Shown piece by piece: positions 1 to 8,642 of a stretch of DNA of 56,389 nt. The position numbers were made by a program, and so were the translations under genes. The stretch comes from a virus. Taxonomy: Duplodnaviria > Caudoviricetes. Where the stretch lies: IMG/VR virus record IMGVR_UViG_3300035183_000021, positions 1 to 56,389 of that record; one strand, 5' to 3'. Numbering within the stretch: the stretch's first letter is position 1; every line of letters begins with the position of its first letter. Under the pieces are notes generated by a model. The model was not told the origin of the DNA. It saw only the letters and a list, made by a program, of their open reading frames with translations, and did not search any database.

Positions 1-126
1 CCATCCCCACTTCGCAGCCACCTGCGCTCCGTCACTTCGTCACTTCGTCACTTCGTCACTTCGTCACTTCGTCACTTCGTCACTTCGTCACTTCGTCACT
101 TCGTCACTTCGTCACTTCGTCACTTC
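1..126. repeat. Terminal direct overlap with 56240-56365 (circular closure or terminal redundancy)
   Basis: CCATCCCCACTTCGCAGCCACCTGCGCTCC followed by the GTCACTTC array occurs at 1 and again at 56240. Confidence 0.9.
31..126. repeat. Tandem repeat (GTCACTTC)x12
   Basis: Perfect 8-mer array counted directly (96 bp). Confidence 0.95.
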
Positions 127-470
127 ATCCCTTCACCCTTTCACCATCCCCCGTGGTTTGTCCACAAAACAAAACCCCCAGGCTCACACCTGGGGGTGGC
201 ACAGTTGCCCCAGGGTTCGGTATTCCCCGGATGGTGGGGTACTTACTGCCAGGGGCGGATGAGAATCTAATTTTAGCCTAGACCCCCCTTTCAGTCTACC
301 CTCTTGACGCCTCTGACCTCTATTGCTATATCTCTTTCATGTTCCATACACCATGGAGTGTTACAATGATCTACCCTTACTACGTTCCTTGTCCGCCCTA
401 TTCTTCTCCTGGCGTTAGTTGTTTTATCTCTGCTATTGGTACTAGTGGCTTTTAACGCCATATTCCCCTC

Positions 471-950
471 ATGGATACTCTACCCCTTAAACACACAAAG
501 TGGACCGACCGTCTGGCCTTTGATGTGGCCCTCATGCTGGAAAACAGCGGGGAGACCCTTCAGGAGGTGATGGAGCGGCACCATATCACAGCCGACGATA
601 TTCTGCGGTTCAACGCCGACCCGGTGTTTCTGAGGAAGGTAGGGGACTACCGCACGGAGATCAGGGACAAAGGACTGACGTTCCGTCTCAAGGCTCGCGC
701 GCAGGCGGAGGAATTACTCACGACTTCGTGGGTTCTCATCCATGATCCGGCAGTGTCCCCTGCTGTCAAAGCTGACTTGATCAAAAGCACGGTCCGATGG
801 GCCGGACTGGAGCCGAAGAATGACGTAACCACAGAACTTCCTGCTGGTGGTGTGAAAATCACTATTAACCTTGGTCCTAATCCCAGCGATGCCCGCACTA
901 TTGAAACCAACCCTGTTGAGATCGAAGATGCAACTCCCATCGAACATTGA
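471..950 (+). CDS. Probable terminase small subunit
   Basis: 159-aa helical ORF just upstream of the large terminase, with a C-terminal 'GGVKITINLG' beta-strand tail of the kind seen in TerS. Mostly positional inference. Confidence 0.5.
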   Translation: MDTLPLKHTKWTDRLAFDVALMLENSGETLQEVMERHHITADDILRFNADPVFLRKVGDYRTEIRDKGLTFRLKARAQAEELLTTSWVLIHDPAVSPAVKADLIKSTVRWAGLEPKNDVTTELPAGGVKITINLGPNPSDARTIETNPVEIEDATPIEH

Positions 951-1116
951 GGATTTGTTTACCCAGAATTACAACGGTTTTCGGTCAGTGAAATTGCGTA
1001 GCGCCAATGAGGCTATTACTGTGGAGAATGCTCTGCGTAAGGCCAACCTGTCGTTTCAGACCAAAATTACGCGCAGCAAAAAACGTGGGCGAGAGTTTGT
1101 GATCTATCTGGTTTAA
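928..1116 (+). CDS. Small hypothetical protein (62 aa, MQLPSNIEDL...)
   Basis: ATG at 928 is in frame with track ORF 871-1116 and fills the gap before terL. Confidence 0.55.
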   Translation: MQLPSNIEDLFTQNYNGFRSVKLRSANEAITVENALRKANLSFQTKITRSKKRGREFVIYLV

Positions 1117-1126
1117 GGCACGCCAG

Positions 1127-3382
1127 ATGCTGGAGATAAATTACACCCCTCCGCCGACTGTCAAAAGGTTCATGGCTTCAAACGCCAGAATGCGCGTTCT
1201 TATGGGGCCTGTTGGCTGTCTTGCGCCTGAAACGCTGGTGGTTACGGAATATGGGTTGATTCCCATCGCGCATATAGATCGGCCAATGCGCGTTCTATCG
1301 TGGAACGAGAAGACATGTCAATTCCAGCTTTCTTGGTGTGGCGGTGCGTTCCCAAAAGGTACGGACTATCTATACCGAGTTTCAACGCCGCGAGGAGAAT
1401 TTGCCGCAAACGAATATCACCTCGTTTACGACGGATCGCGTACATATCGACACGTTCGATCACTGCTCCCCGGTCAGACCGTTTCCCAATATTCCGGCGA
1501 CCTGCCTCTGACAGATTTGGTGAAAGTCCTCCTCGCGTCACAGCCAGATGCTCGCCATTCGAGGGGAAAAGCCGTAGATTATCTGGGTGATTATGCAGCG
1601 TCAGCCCGTCGATATGGTCTACAACTTCTGAGGGAAGAAGGTATCGACCTAGCTTACGTTCAAGAACCAGGCGATGTTCAAAGATTATCTTACCCTTCCG
1701 GTTCGGTCGCTGGCGGGCGTAGGGATGGTCGTCTGGAGCGGTCACTAGCACGTATCCGTCAAGGTCTATCCGCCGCCCTGACACGTATTGGTGGTTTCTT
1801 TCCCCCGGTTGCGCCCCTTCATTTAGCCGTGGCAGGTTCAACCGCAGCATCACTTTTCGGACATAGCGAGGAGTTAGACCCACAATTTCTGCGATTTCTA
1901 CAGACGATCGACGACCATCTGCCAATTGGGCAATCCGCTTCGTGTTTTCATTCATACGACTTAACCTCCATATCCGACGGGACCATCCTATCAGTGACTC
2001 GTGAGACTGTCAAACGGTCGTATTGGGATATGCAGGTACTTGACACCAATAATTACGTCACTGCCGATGGAACGATCCATCATAATTCAGGTAAATCCAC
2101 TGCTTGCTGTTTTGAGATAATCCGCCGTGCGGCTATGCAGGCTCCTAATTCCCGTGGTATTCGTAAAACCCGAGCAGTGGTTGTACGGGAAACGGCTAGG
2201 CAGTTGCAGGATACGACGATCAAGACATTCCTCGACTGGTTTCCGCCAGGGGCGTGTGGGGAGTTTATGCGCACGACCAAGACCTACTTTTTCAAAGTGG
2301 GTGATGTGGAGTGCGAGATTATGTTCCGCGCGCTGGATGACGCGGATGACGTGGCAAATCTGAACTCGTTGGAAGTGACTTTTGCGTGGTTCAACGAGTG
2401 CCGCGATATTCACCCTGATATTGTAGACGCCATGTCTAAACGTGTTGGGCGGTATCCGTCAGCTAAAGATGGGGGGCCGACGTGGTTTGGGATGTGGGGA
2501 GACACTAACCCGCCGACGATGGACACGTGGTGGTATTACCAGATGGAGCATCTTGACCCCAGGGATGGGGTGTCACCACTCGATAACGGTTGGGAGGTGT
2601 TCAAACAGCCGTCGGGGCGGAGTCCCTTTGCTGAGAATATCGAGAACCTGCCGGAAGGGTATTACGACACAACTGGACGGTCGGAGGAGTATATCCGTGT
2701 CTATATCGACGGCGAGTATGGGCTATCCTTGGCGGGGACGCCGGTCTATAAGTATTTCAGACCAGATTACCACATGGCTTCCTCTCCGTTACGACCGATT
2801 CTCAATGGGGTTCGGCCTATTGTCGTGGGGATGGATTTGGGGCTTACCCCGGCGGCGGTTATTGGGCAGCAGGACCCGCGCGGGCGGGCGCTGATTTTTG
2901 CAGAAGCGGTGTCGTTCGATATGGGTATCCAGCGGTTCATCCGTACCATGCTTAAGCCTCTGCTCTATGAACGCTTTCCGGGGGCTCCGGTGTTGGTGGT
3001 GACTGACCCGGCAGGGATGCAGCGGGCGCAGACGGATGAGCGCAGCGCGGTGGATATTATCAAAGCGGAGGGGTTAAAAGTCATTCCGGCTAAAACGAAT
3101 AGCCTGTCAGCGCGGATCAACGCGGTGGATGAATATCTCATGCGGCAGGTGGATGGTGATCCGGCGTTTCTCGTTGATCCTCGCTGCACGCAGCTAAAAG
3201 CCGCTATGATGGGAGGTTATCGCTATAAGCCTAAAGGTGACGGTGAGATCGACAAAAATAAGCACTCCCACGTAGCTGAAGCGCTTCAGTATTTGATGCT
3301 CCATATCAGTGGTGCTGCCGAGGGGCAGATGCTGCGTCAGCGGCGTGAAATAAAACACTTGTCAGCACTGGGTTGGACGTGA
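1127..3382 (+). CDS. terL: Terminase large subunit, intein-containing
   Basis: Removing residues 31-320 restores Walker A 'GPVGSGKST'. Also adenine-region 'YTPPPTVKRF', Walker B-like 'FAWFNE', coupling 'DTNPP', RNase H-like 'VGMDLG' and C-terminal 'SHVAEALQY'. Confidence 0.93.
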   Translation: MLEINYTPPPTVKRFMASNARMRVLMGPVGCLAPETLVVTEYGLIPIAHIDRPMRVLSWNEKTCQFQLSWCGGAFPKGTDYLYRVSTPRGEFAANEYHLVYDGSRTYRHVRSLLPGQTVSQYSGDLPLTDLVKVLLASQPDARHSRGKAVDYLGDYAASARRYGLQLLREEGIDLAYVQEPGDVQRLSYPSGSVAGGRRDGRLERSLARIRQGLSAALTRIGGFFPPVAPLHLAVAGSTAASLFGHSEELDPQFLRFLQTIDDHLPIGQSASCFHSYDLTSISDGTILSVTRETVKRSYWDMQVLDTNNYVTADGTIHHNSGKSTACCFEIIRRAAMQAPNSRGIRKTRAVVVRETARQLQDTTIKTFLDWFPPGACGEFMRTTKTYFFKVGDVECEIMFRALDDADDVANLNSLEVTFAWFNECRDIHPDIVDAMSKRVGRYPSAKDGGPTWFGMWGDTNPPTMDTWWYYQMEHLDPRDGVSPLDNGWEVFKQPSGRSPFAENIENLPEGYYDTTGRSEEYIRVYIDGEYGLSLAGTPVYKYFRPDYHMASSPLRPILNGVRPIVVGMDLGLTPAAVIGQQDPRGRALIFAEAVSFDMGIQRFIRTMLKPLLYERFPGAPVLVVTDPAGMQRAQTDERSAVDIIKAEGLKVIPAKTNSLSARINAVDEYLMRQVDGDPAFLVDPRCTQLKAAMMGGYRYKPKGDGEIDKNKHSHVAEALQYLMLHISGAAEGQMLRQRREIKHLSALGWT
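1242..1955 (-). CDS. HNH homing endonuclease with N-terminal HTH, antisense inside the intein
   Basis: 'EHRLVLERKLGRYLLPSEVVDHIDGLTLHNHPDNLRLF' is an HNH_3-type core, with 'GERNHQYVSGRRIDLDGYVLV' upstream and HTH-like 'SSVEIAEIVGLTPRYVRKVM'. SD GGAGGT lies 8 nt before the ATG. Confidence 0.88.
   Translation of the reverse strand: MNENTKRIAQLADGRRSSVEIAEIVGLTPRYVRKVMLRLNLPRLNEGAQPGERNHQYVSGRRIDLDGYVLVTAPDDHPYARQRPNRKGKIIFEHRLVLERKLGRYLLPSEVVDHIDGLTLHNHPDNLRLFPSNGEHLAVTRGGLSPNLSEAGRRNIGKRSDRGAVIERVDMYAIRRKRGDIRLRQILLAALKLGIDSPYLLGTHRHTKKAGIDMSSRSTIERALADLYARWESTHIP
1964..2013 (-). promoter_or_regulatory. Sigma70-type promoter and SD for the antisense HNH gene
   Basis: On the minus strand: TTGACA (2013-2008), 17 nt spacer, TAGGAT (1990-1985) with extended TGn, then GGAGGT (1969-1964). 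Confidence 0.8.
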
Positions 3383-3431
3383 TATGCTTCAATTGTCATC
3401 TCTTCCTCCTCCCTCTTGCCTCCGAGGGTTT

Positions 3432-3464
3432 GCCCCCGTAAGCTCTGCTACGGGGGCTTTTTTT
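3432..3464 (+). terminator. Rho-independent terminator after terL
   Basis: GCCCCCGTA / TACGGGGGC stem followed by T7. Confidence 0.8.
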
Positions 3465-3503
3465 GTACTTGACTGAAGAATTGGGATTTGCAATAGTAAG
3501 TAT

Positions 3504-5558
3504 ATGGCCGGACTAACTTTTTTGCGGGTTGTGTCGAATTCTGATCTCGCCAAACAAGAGCGAGAGGCGGCTGAACGTGCCTTGCAGGAACGCCAGAACC
3601 AGCCTGTTATTCTCGGGTTGGCAGCGTATTTGCGTCAGTGCTGGGATGCTGCGCGGCTTGCTAAGCGGCCAATCGAGGAGAAAATGCTTGCCGCGTTGCG
3701 GCAGCGCAATGGTGAATACGAGCCAGATAAATTACAACAAATCCGTGCGCAGGGTGGTTCGGAGGTCTATATGATGATCACCGAGGTTAAATGCCGAGCG
3801 GCGGAGAGCTGGCTGCGCGATATTCTGCTTGACAGTGGTTCCCCGCCGTGGGATTTGCAGGCGACGCCTATTCCGGATTTGAGTCCTGCGCAGGATAAAG
3901 AAATACAGGCGATGTTCGCTGAGCGGGTTCTGAAGATTGTTGAGGAATACGGCCAGGCTCCTACTGTCGAGGAGATGCACGAAATCAAGGAGATGGTGGC
4001 GCAGGATTATCGTTTCGCCCTCATGCAGGAGGCTCAGAATCGCGCGGATCGGATGAAGGCCAAAATTCAGGATCAGTTTAGTGAGGGTGGTTGGGAGACT
4101 GCGTTCAATGAGTTTATCTCTGATCTGGTCACCTATCCTGCGGCTTTCATTAAGGGGCCAATTGTGCGTCGTCAGCGGACGCTGGGTTGGAAAACAGATG
4201 CTACAGGGCGGACTGTTGTAGAGCCTATTGAGCGTTTGGCTCCTGAATTTGAGCGTGTTGACCCGTTCCGTATCTATCCTGAGCCTGGAATTAGCGACAT
4301 CGATGATGGCTATATTTTCGAGCTGCATCGTATGACCCGTTCTGAATTGGCGGATTTGATTGGTGTTCCGGGCTACGATGAGGATGCCATTAGGCGGGTT
4401 CTTGAGGAGGAGAGCAGTATTTCGCTGGCGAATGATGGCATAGAGCTCCAGAAAGCCGAAGGAGAGCGACGATACTATTCTCACATGCGCCCGACGGCTG
4501 AGTTCGACGTTCTGGAGTTCTGGGGTAAGGTTAGTGGGAAGATGTTGATTGAGTGGGGATTGTCAGAGGAAGAAGTCCCCGATCCTGCCCGTGAATATGA
4601 TGCCAATGTCTGGTTGGTGGGGAACTATGTCATCAAGGCGGTATTGAATTACGACCCCCTTGGTAAGAAGCCCTACGTCAAAACTTCGTTCATTAAGTGC
4701 CCTGGTGCGTTCTGGGGTAAGGGTATTCCAGAGATCATTGCGGATTTGCAGAGTGTGTGCAATGCAGCGGCACGGGCGCTCGTGAATAACATGGGTATCT
4801 CCTCTGGCCCACAGGTCGAGGTGAACATCGAACGCCTCCCGCCTAATGAAGACATCACTACTCTTGTACCGTGGAAGATTTGGCAAACTGTCAATGATCC
4901 TGTGGGGTCAAGCGCACCAGCTATCCGGTTCACACAGCCTGATTCCCGCGCCCATGAGTTGATGGCCGTGTATGAGACGTTTAGCCGTCTGGCTGATGAG
5001 CATTCTGGTATTCCGGCCTATGTCTACGGTGATCTCAATGTGCAGGGGGCCGGGCGCACGGCGTCTGGTTTGTCCATGCTCATGGGTGCGGCTGGTAAGG
5101 GTCTCCGGCAGGTGGTCATGCACATTGATGCCGATATAGTTAGACCCATTGTCGAGCGGCAGTTTATATACAATATGCGCTACGACGAGGACGAATCCAT
5201 TAAAGGGGATGTTCAGGTCATTGCTAAGGGCGCGATCAATCTTGCGATTAAGGAGACTGTCAATATCCGTCGTATCGAGTTCCTTAACGCAACCGCCAAT
5301 CCCGTTGATCTTGAGATTCTTGGGAAAGAAGGGCGTGCTACTATTCTGCGGGAGGTGGCGAAAGGATTGCAAATGCCTGTGGATGATATTATTCCATCTC
5401 GGGAGAAGGCTGATTTTCAGAGCCGCATGCAGGCTAAGGCGATGGCGCTTACCGCACAGGCGCAGCCGCAGCCACAGGCCCCGCAGGGTACGCCCACATT
5501 CCCTGACGGTACTCCCAAAGGTGGGCAAGATGCCAATACGGTTGGGGGGATTGCATGA
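3504..5558 (+). CDS. Portal protein
   Basis: 684 aa directly after terL. Podovirus portal-like features: 'ERVDPFRIYPEP', 'GAFWGKGIPE', 'GRTASGLSML' and a Q-rich C-terminus. Confidence 0.85.
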   Translation: MAGLTFLRVVSNSDLAKQEREAAERALQERQNQPVILGLAAYLRQCWDAARLAKRPIEEKMLAALRQRNGEYEPDKLQQIRAQGGSEVYMMITEVKCRAAESWLRDILLDSGSPPWDLQATPIPDLSPAQDKEIQAMFAERVLKIVEEYGQAPTVEEMHEIKEMVAQDYRFALMQEAQNRADRMKAKIQDQFSEGGWETAFNEFISDLVTYPAAFIKGPIVRRQRTLGWKTDATGRTVVEPIERLAPEFERVDPFRIYPEPGISDIDDGYIFELHRMTRSELADLIGVPGYDEDAIRRVLEEESSISLANDGIELQKAEGERRYYSHMRPTAEFDVLEFWGKVSGKMLIEWGLSEEEVPDPAREYDANVWLVGNYVIKAVLNYDPLGKKPYVKTSFIKCPGAFWGKGIPEIIADLQSVCNAAARALVNNMGISSGPQVEVNIERLPPNEDITTLVPWKIWQTVNDPVGSSAPAIRFTQPDSRAHELMAVYETFSRLADEHSGIPAYVYGDLNVQGAGRTASGLSMLMGAAGKGLRQVVMHIDADIVRPIVERQFIYNMRYDEDESIKGDVQVIAKGAINLAIKETVNIRRIEFLNATANPVDLEILGKEGRATILREVAKGLQMPVDDIIPSREKADFQSRMQAKAMALTAQAQPQPQAPQGTPTFPDGTPKGGQDANTVGGIA

Positions 5559-5770
5559 TTAAACCTGAGCCGCAGATCATCAAAGGATTGGCGCAGGCTG
5601 TCCGACAATATCCAGAGCTTTTGACCTGGATGGAGGGCGTGCTTGCGCATGAGATGAAGCGGCTTCCATACGCAGTAGAGAATCCGGCAGTTTTCCAGGG
5701 GCGCTGCCAGATGTTGACTGAACTCATTGAGTTCGCTAAAAAAGCCTCTGTTACAGCGGCAAAGTCATGA
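5555..5770 (+). CDS. Small hypothetical protein downstream of portal
   Basis: ATGA overlap with the portal stop; 'FQGRCQML' pattern typical of small post-portal proteins. Confidence 0.65.
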   Translation: MIKPEPQIIKGLAQAVRQYPELLTWMEGVLAHEMKRLPYAVENPAVFQGRCQMLTELIEFAKKASVTAAKS

Positions 5771-5814
5771 TGTGACTCGCCGTCTAATCACGCATACCGA
5801 TAGGAGCGTTCAAC

Positions 5815-6861
5815 ATGGCACTTCCAGAGCAAATTCGTAAGCAGACCGAGGCAGTTCAAGAGTTGTATAAACAACTCAATGCGGCGGACGAAAACACAGG
5901 CGCGGAGGAAACTCCCGCCAATGGTACCGATACGCCCGTTGAGGCTGTAGATACCCAGAATGCTGCCGACGAGACTTCTGCGGAGAATAATGCTGCTCCG
6001 TCGCCCGCGAGTGAGCATAAGTCGGGCGATGACAATGCGTCGGAAGAGACTCTTCTTCAAAAATACCGGACATTGCAAGGTATGTATAACGCTGAAGTCC
6101 CACGGCTGCATCAGCAGAATCGTGAATTGGCTCAGCGTGTACAGCAATTGGAACAGTTGCTCGCAACGCTGTCTGCGCAGCAATCAGCGCCTGCCGCAGC
6201 TCAACAACCTGTCGTTGATAAACTTATTACCGAGAAGGATGTTGAGGAATACGGTGAGTCGCTGGATGTGATGCGTAGGGTGTCTCGTGAAGAGTTGGCA
6301 CCGTTGGCGCAGCGGATTGCACAGATTGAGACTGTGTTGCGTCAAATGCAGACCAACATCGTTCCGCAAGTGCAGACTATCGCACAGCGCCAGCAGATGA
6401 GTGCAGAGCAGCAGTTCTGGGCCGACCTGGCCGCAGCCATACCGAATTTCCGTGAGATCAACGAGAATGAGGCGTTTCAGGCTTGGCTATTGGAGGCCGA
6501 TCCGCTGACGGGTATTACCCGCCAGACATACCTTGAAGATGCGCAGCGTAACCTCGATGCGCGCCGTGTAATCAATATCTTCCGCGCTTGGCTTGAGATT
6601 ACTGGACAAGCCACTGTTGCTCAATCCACTGGTCGCGCTGCTAATTCCGAGTTGGCGAAGCAGATTGCTCCTGGGCGTTCGAGAGGGTCCGGGACCCCTG
6701 CTGTTGCGAACAAAGCCAAGATATATACCCCGGCGGACATTGCTAAGTTCTTTAATGATGTCCGCGCTGGGAAGTATAAAGGCCGGGAACAGGAGCGTGA
6801 TCGTATCGAACGCGATATTTTCGCTGCTCAGCGAGAGAATCGCATCCAGTTCACTGCTTGA
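5815..6861 (+). CDS. Capsid scaffolding/assembly protein
   Basis: Acidic low-complexity N-terminus, coiled coil 'KYRTLQGMYNAE', position just before the capsid gene, SD GGAG. Confidence 0.7.
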   Translation: MALPEQIRKQTEAVQELYKQLNAADENTGAEETPANGTDTPVEAVDTQNAADETSAENNAAPSPASEHKSGDDNASEETLLQKYRTLQGMYNAEVPRLHQQNRELAQRVQQLEQLLATLSAQQSAPAAAQQPVVDKLITEKDVEEYGESLDVMRRVSREELAPLAQRIAQIETVLRQMQTNIVPQVQTIAQRQQMSAEQQFWADLAAAIPNFREINENEAFQAWLLEADPLTGITRQTYLEDAQRNLDARRVINIFRAWLEITGQATVAQSTGRAANSELAKQIAPGRSRGSGTPAVANKAKIYTPADIAKFFNDVRAGKYKGREQERDRIERDIFAAQRENRIQFTA

Positions 6862-6877
6862 TTAGAGGAGTTACATC

Positions 6878-7798
6878 ATGGCTTATGCTGTCTCGCCTGG
6901 CCGCCCGAATTATAGCGGCAATTTCATTCCCGAGATTTGGGCTGGTAAGCTGATCGAGAATTTCTACGACGCTACCGTGCTCGCAGCGATCTCGAACACT
7001 GACTATGAAGGTGAAATCCGTCAGTTCGGCGATACTGTGAATATCCGCACTACGCCGGAGATCACCATTCGTGACTACGTGAAGGGGCAAACCCTGACCG
7101 TGGAAAGCCCGGAAAAGCCCAAAATCCAGCTCGTGATCGACAAAGGCGAATACTTTGCCTGCGTCGAAGACGATGTGGATAAAATCCAGTCCGACATCAA
7201 CCTGATGGACGCTTGGTCGAAAGACGCTTCTGAGCGGATGAAGATCAAGATTGATACCCGTGTGTTGACGGACATTCTCCCTGATATTGCTTCTACCAAT
7301 AAGGGCGCTACTGCGGGTCGCATCTCTGGGTCGTTCAACCTCGGCACCACTGCTTCTCCGGTGTCTGTGACATCTACGAACGTCATCGACTTGCTGGTTG
7401 ATCTGGGTACTGTGCTGGATGAGGCCAACGCCCCTGAGCAAGATCGGTTTGTGGTCATTCCTGCCAAGATGGCTGGTTTGATCAAGAAATCCGATCTGAA
7501 GGATGCGTCGCTGTCTGGTGATAGCACGTCCATCTTGCGCAATGGTCGGCTTGGTATGATTGATCGCTTCACGGTGTATGTGAGCCACAATCTGTCCCGT
7601 TCCGGCACTGGTTCGGGTACCAAGTACAACATCATTGCGGGGCACAAGATGGGTCTGACGTTCGCGTCGCAGATGACGAACATGGAGACCATCCGCAGTG
7701 AGACCACCTTTGGTAGCATCGTGCGTGGGCTGCAAGTCTACGGCTACAAGGTCGTCAAGCCTGAGGCCCTGGCGACTGCGGTGATTACCATGCCCTAA
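6878..7798 (+). CDS. Major capsid protein
   Basis: 'NFIPEIWAGKL...TDYEGEI...GDTVNI' and C-terminal 'VRGLQVYGYKVVKPEAL' are typical of HK97-fold podovirus coat proteins. Strong SD GAGGAG. Confidence 0.88.
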   Translation: MAYAVSPGRPNYSGNFIPEIWAGKLIENFYDATVLAAISNTDYEGEIRQFGDTVNIRTTPEITIRDYVKGQTLTVESPEKPKIQLVIDKGEYFACVEDDVDKIQSDINLMDAWSKDASERMKIKIDTRVLTDILPDIASTNKGATAGRISGSFNLGTTASPVSVTSTNVIDLLVDLGTVLDEANAPEQDRFVVIPAKMAGLIKKSDLKDASLSGDSTSILRNGRLGMIDRFTVYVSHNLSRSGTGSGTKYNIIAGHKMGLTFASQMTNMETIRSETTFGSIVRGLQVYGYKVVKPEALATAVITMP

Positions 7799-7803
7799 TG
7801 GAT

Positions 7804-7823
7804 GGGGGCTTCGGCCCCCTTTT
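7804..7823 (+). terminator. Terminator-like hairpin after MCP
   Basis: GGGGGC-TTCG-GCCCCC followed by TTTT. Confidence 0.7.
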
Positions 7824-7849
7824 CAGTTTACAGTTGAAAGGAGTCCGAA

Positions 7850-8323
7850 ATGGCTACGTATACTGATTCGCTGGGTTTCAACAAAGGCTCTGCCGCTATT
7901 TCTGCGGACGGTGTTCATCGTTCGAGTGTTGTAGGTGTCACGCTCGATTTTCCCAAGATCATTGCTGCGCGTGCTGCTGCTGGCGCGCCTGCTTTGGCTG
8001 CTGGTGATGTGCTTGAGGTTCTGCCTATCCCGGCTGGTACTATTGTGCGTAATGTGGCTCTGGTGGTTACCACTACTGCTGCATCTGGCACGATTGCTAT
8101 CGGTGATAGTGCCTCTCCGTCCGGTTACCTGGCTGCGCAGTCTGTGGCGACCGCTGGTATTTTTGGTGGCGTGCCCACTCTCTCTGGTGGCGCTTTCTCT
8201 CCGGCGTTGAGTGGTGGGAAAGTGTATGCTACCCCCAGCGCTATTACCATCACGATTGGCACGGCCGTTCCTTCTACTGCTGTGGTTCGTGTTGTGGCAG
8301 AGTTGGTCAACCTCAATGCGTAA
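7850..8323 (+). CDS. Probable capsid decoration/cement protein
   Basis: 157-aa A/G/V/T-rich beta protein right after MCP with SD AAGGAG; positional inference. Confidence 0.6.
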   Translation: MATYTDSLGFNKGSAAISADGVHRSSVVGVTLDFPKIIAARAAAGAPALAAGDVLEVLPIPAGTIVRNVALVVTTTAASGTIAIGDSASPSGYLAAQSVATAGIFGGVPTLSGGAFSPALSGGKVYATPSAITITIGTAVPSTAVVRVVAELVNLNA

Positions 8324-8328
8324 GCAAG

Positions 8329-8350
8329 ACGGGGGCTTCGGCCCCCGTTT
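8329..8350 (+). terminator. Terminator-like hairpin
   Basis: ACGGGGGC-TTCG-GCCCCCGT followed by TT; same core as 7804. Confidence 0.65.
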
Positions 8351-8366
8351 CTCGAAGAGGTGATGT

Positions 8367-8642
8367 ATGAGTAAGTTGTATATCCGTGTTAAGAAAGACG
8401 GTTTCATTTACGACTACAACGAGATTCTGGCAAAGAACCCTGGCTGCGAAGTGGTTACTGAAGAAGTTGCCTTTCCAGAGCGATTTATTCCTGCGCATGC
8501 CAAAGAGCGGGTTGAGGAGTTCAAGAAGACTAAGGGGGCTCGTAAGAAGAGTACGTTGGATTTGACTACTGAGAATATTCCTGAGTCTCCTCCATACACT
8601 CCTCCTGAATTGGCCGAGGAAGCTGCGCGAGGGATGCCTTGA
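8367..8642 (+). CDS. Hypothetical protein
   Basis: SD GAGGTG; 91 aa; coupled to the next ORF. Confidence 0.65.
   Translation: MSKLYIRVKKDGFIYDYNEILAKNPGCEVVTEEVAFPERFIPAHAKERVEEFKKTKGARKKSTLDLTTENIPESPPYTPPELAEEAARGMP

Larger units (their letters stand above)
1217..2086 (+). mobile_element. Intein (290 aa) inserted in the TerL Walker A motif
   Basis: Block A 'CLAPETLVVT', block B-like 'FAANEYHLVY', block F 'YWDMQVLDTNNYVTADG', block G 'IHHN' followed by +1 Ser (SGKST). Confidence 0.92.

Noticed and set aside
31-126. CRISPR array in the terminal, 54.3 kb or 55.1 kb repeats
   Set aside because: The units are contiguous 8-17-mers with no unique spacers. The Cas4-like nuclease sits in the replication module.
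304-455. Promoter TTGACG-N17-TATATC and a tiny ORF upstream of terS
   Set aside because: The -10 lacks the conserved final T and the ORF is very short; too weak to call.
1217-2086. Group I intron rather than intein
   Set aside because: The insert is in frame and stop-free, with canonical C1 and HN/S protein-splicing residues.
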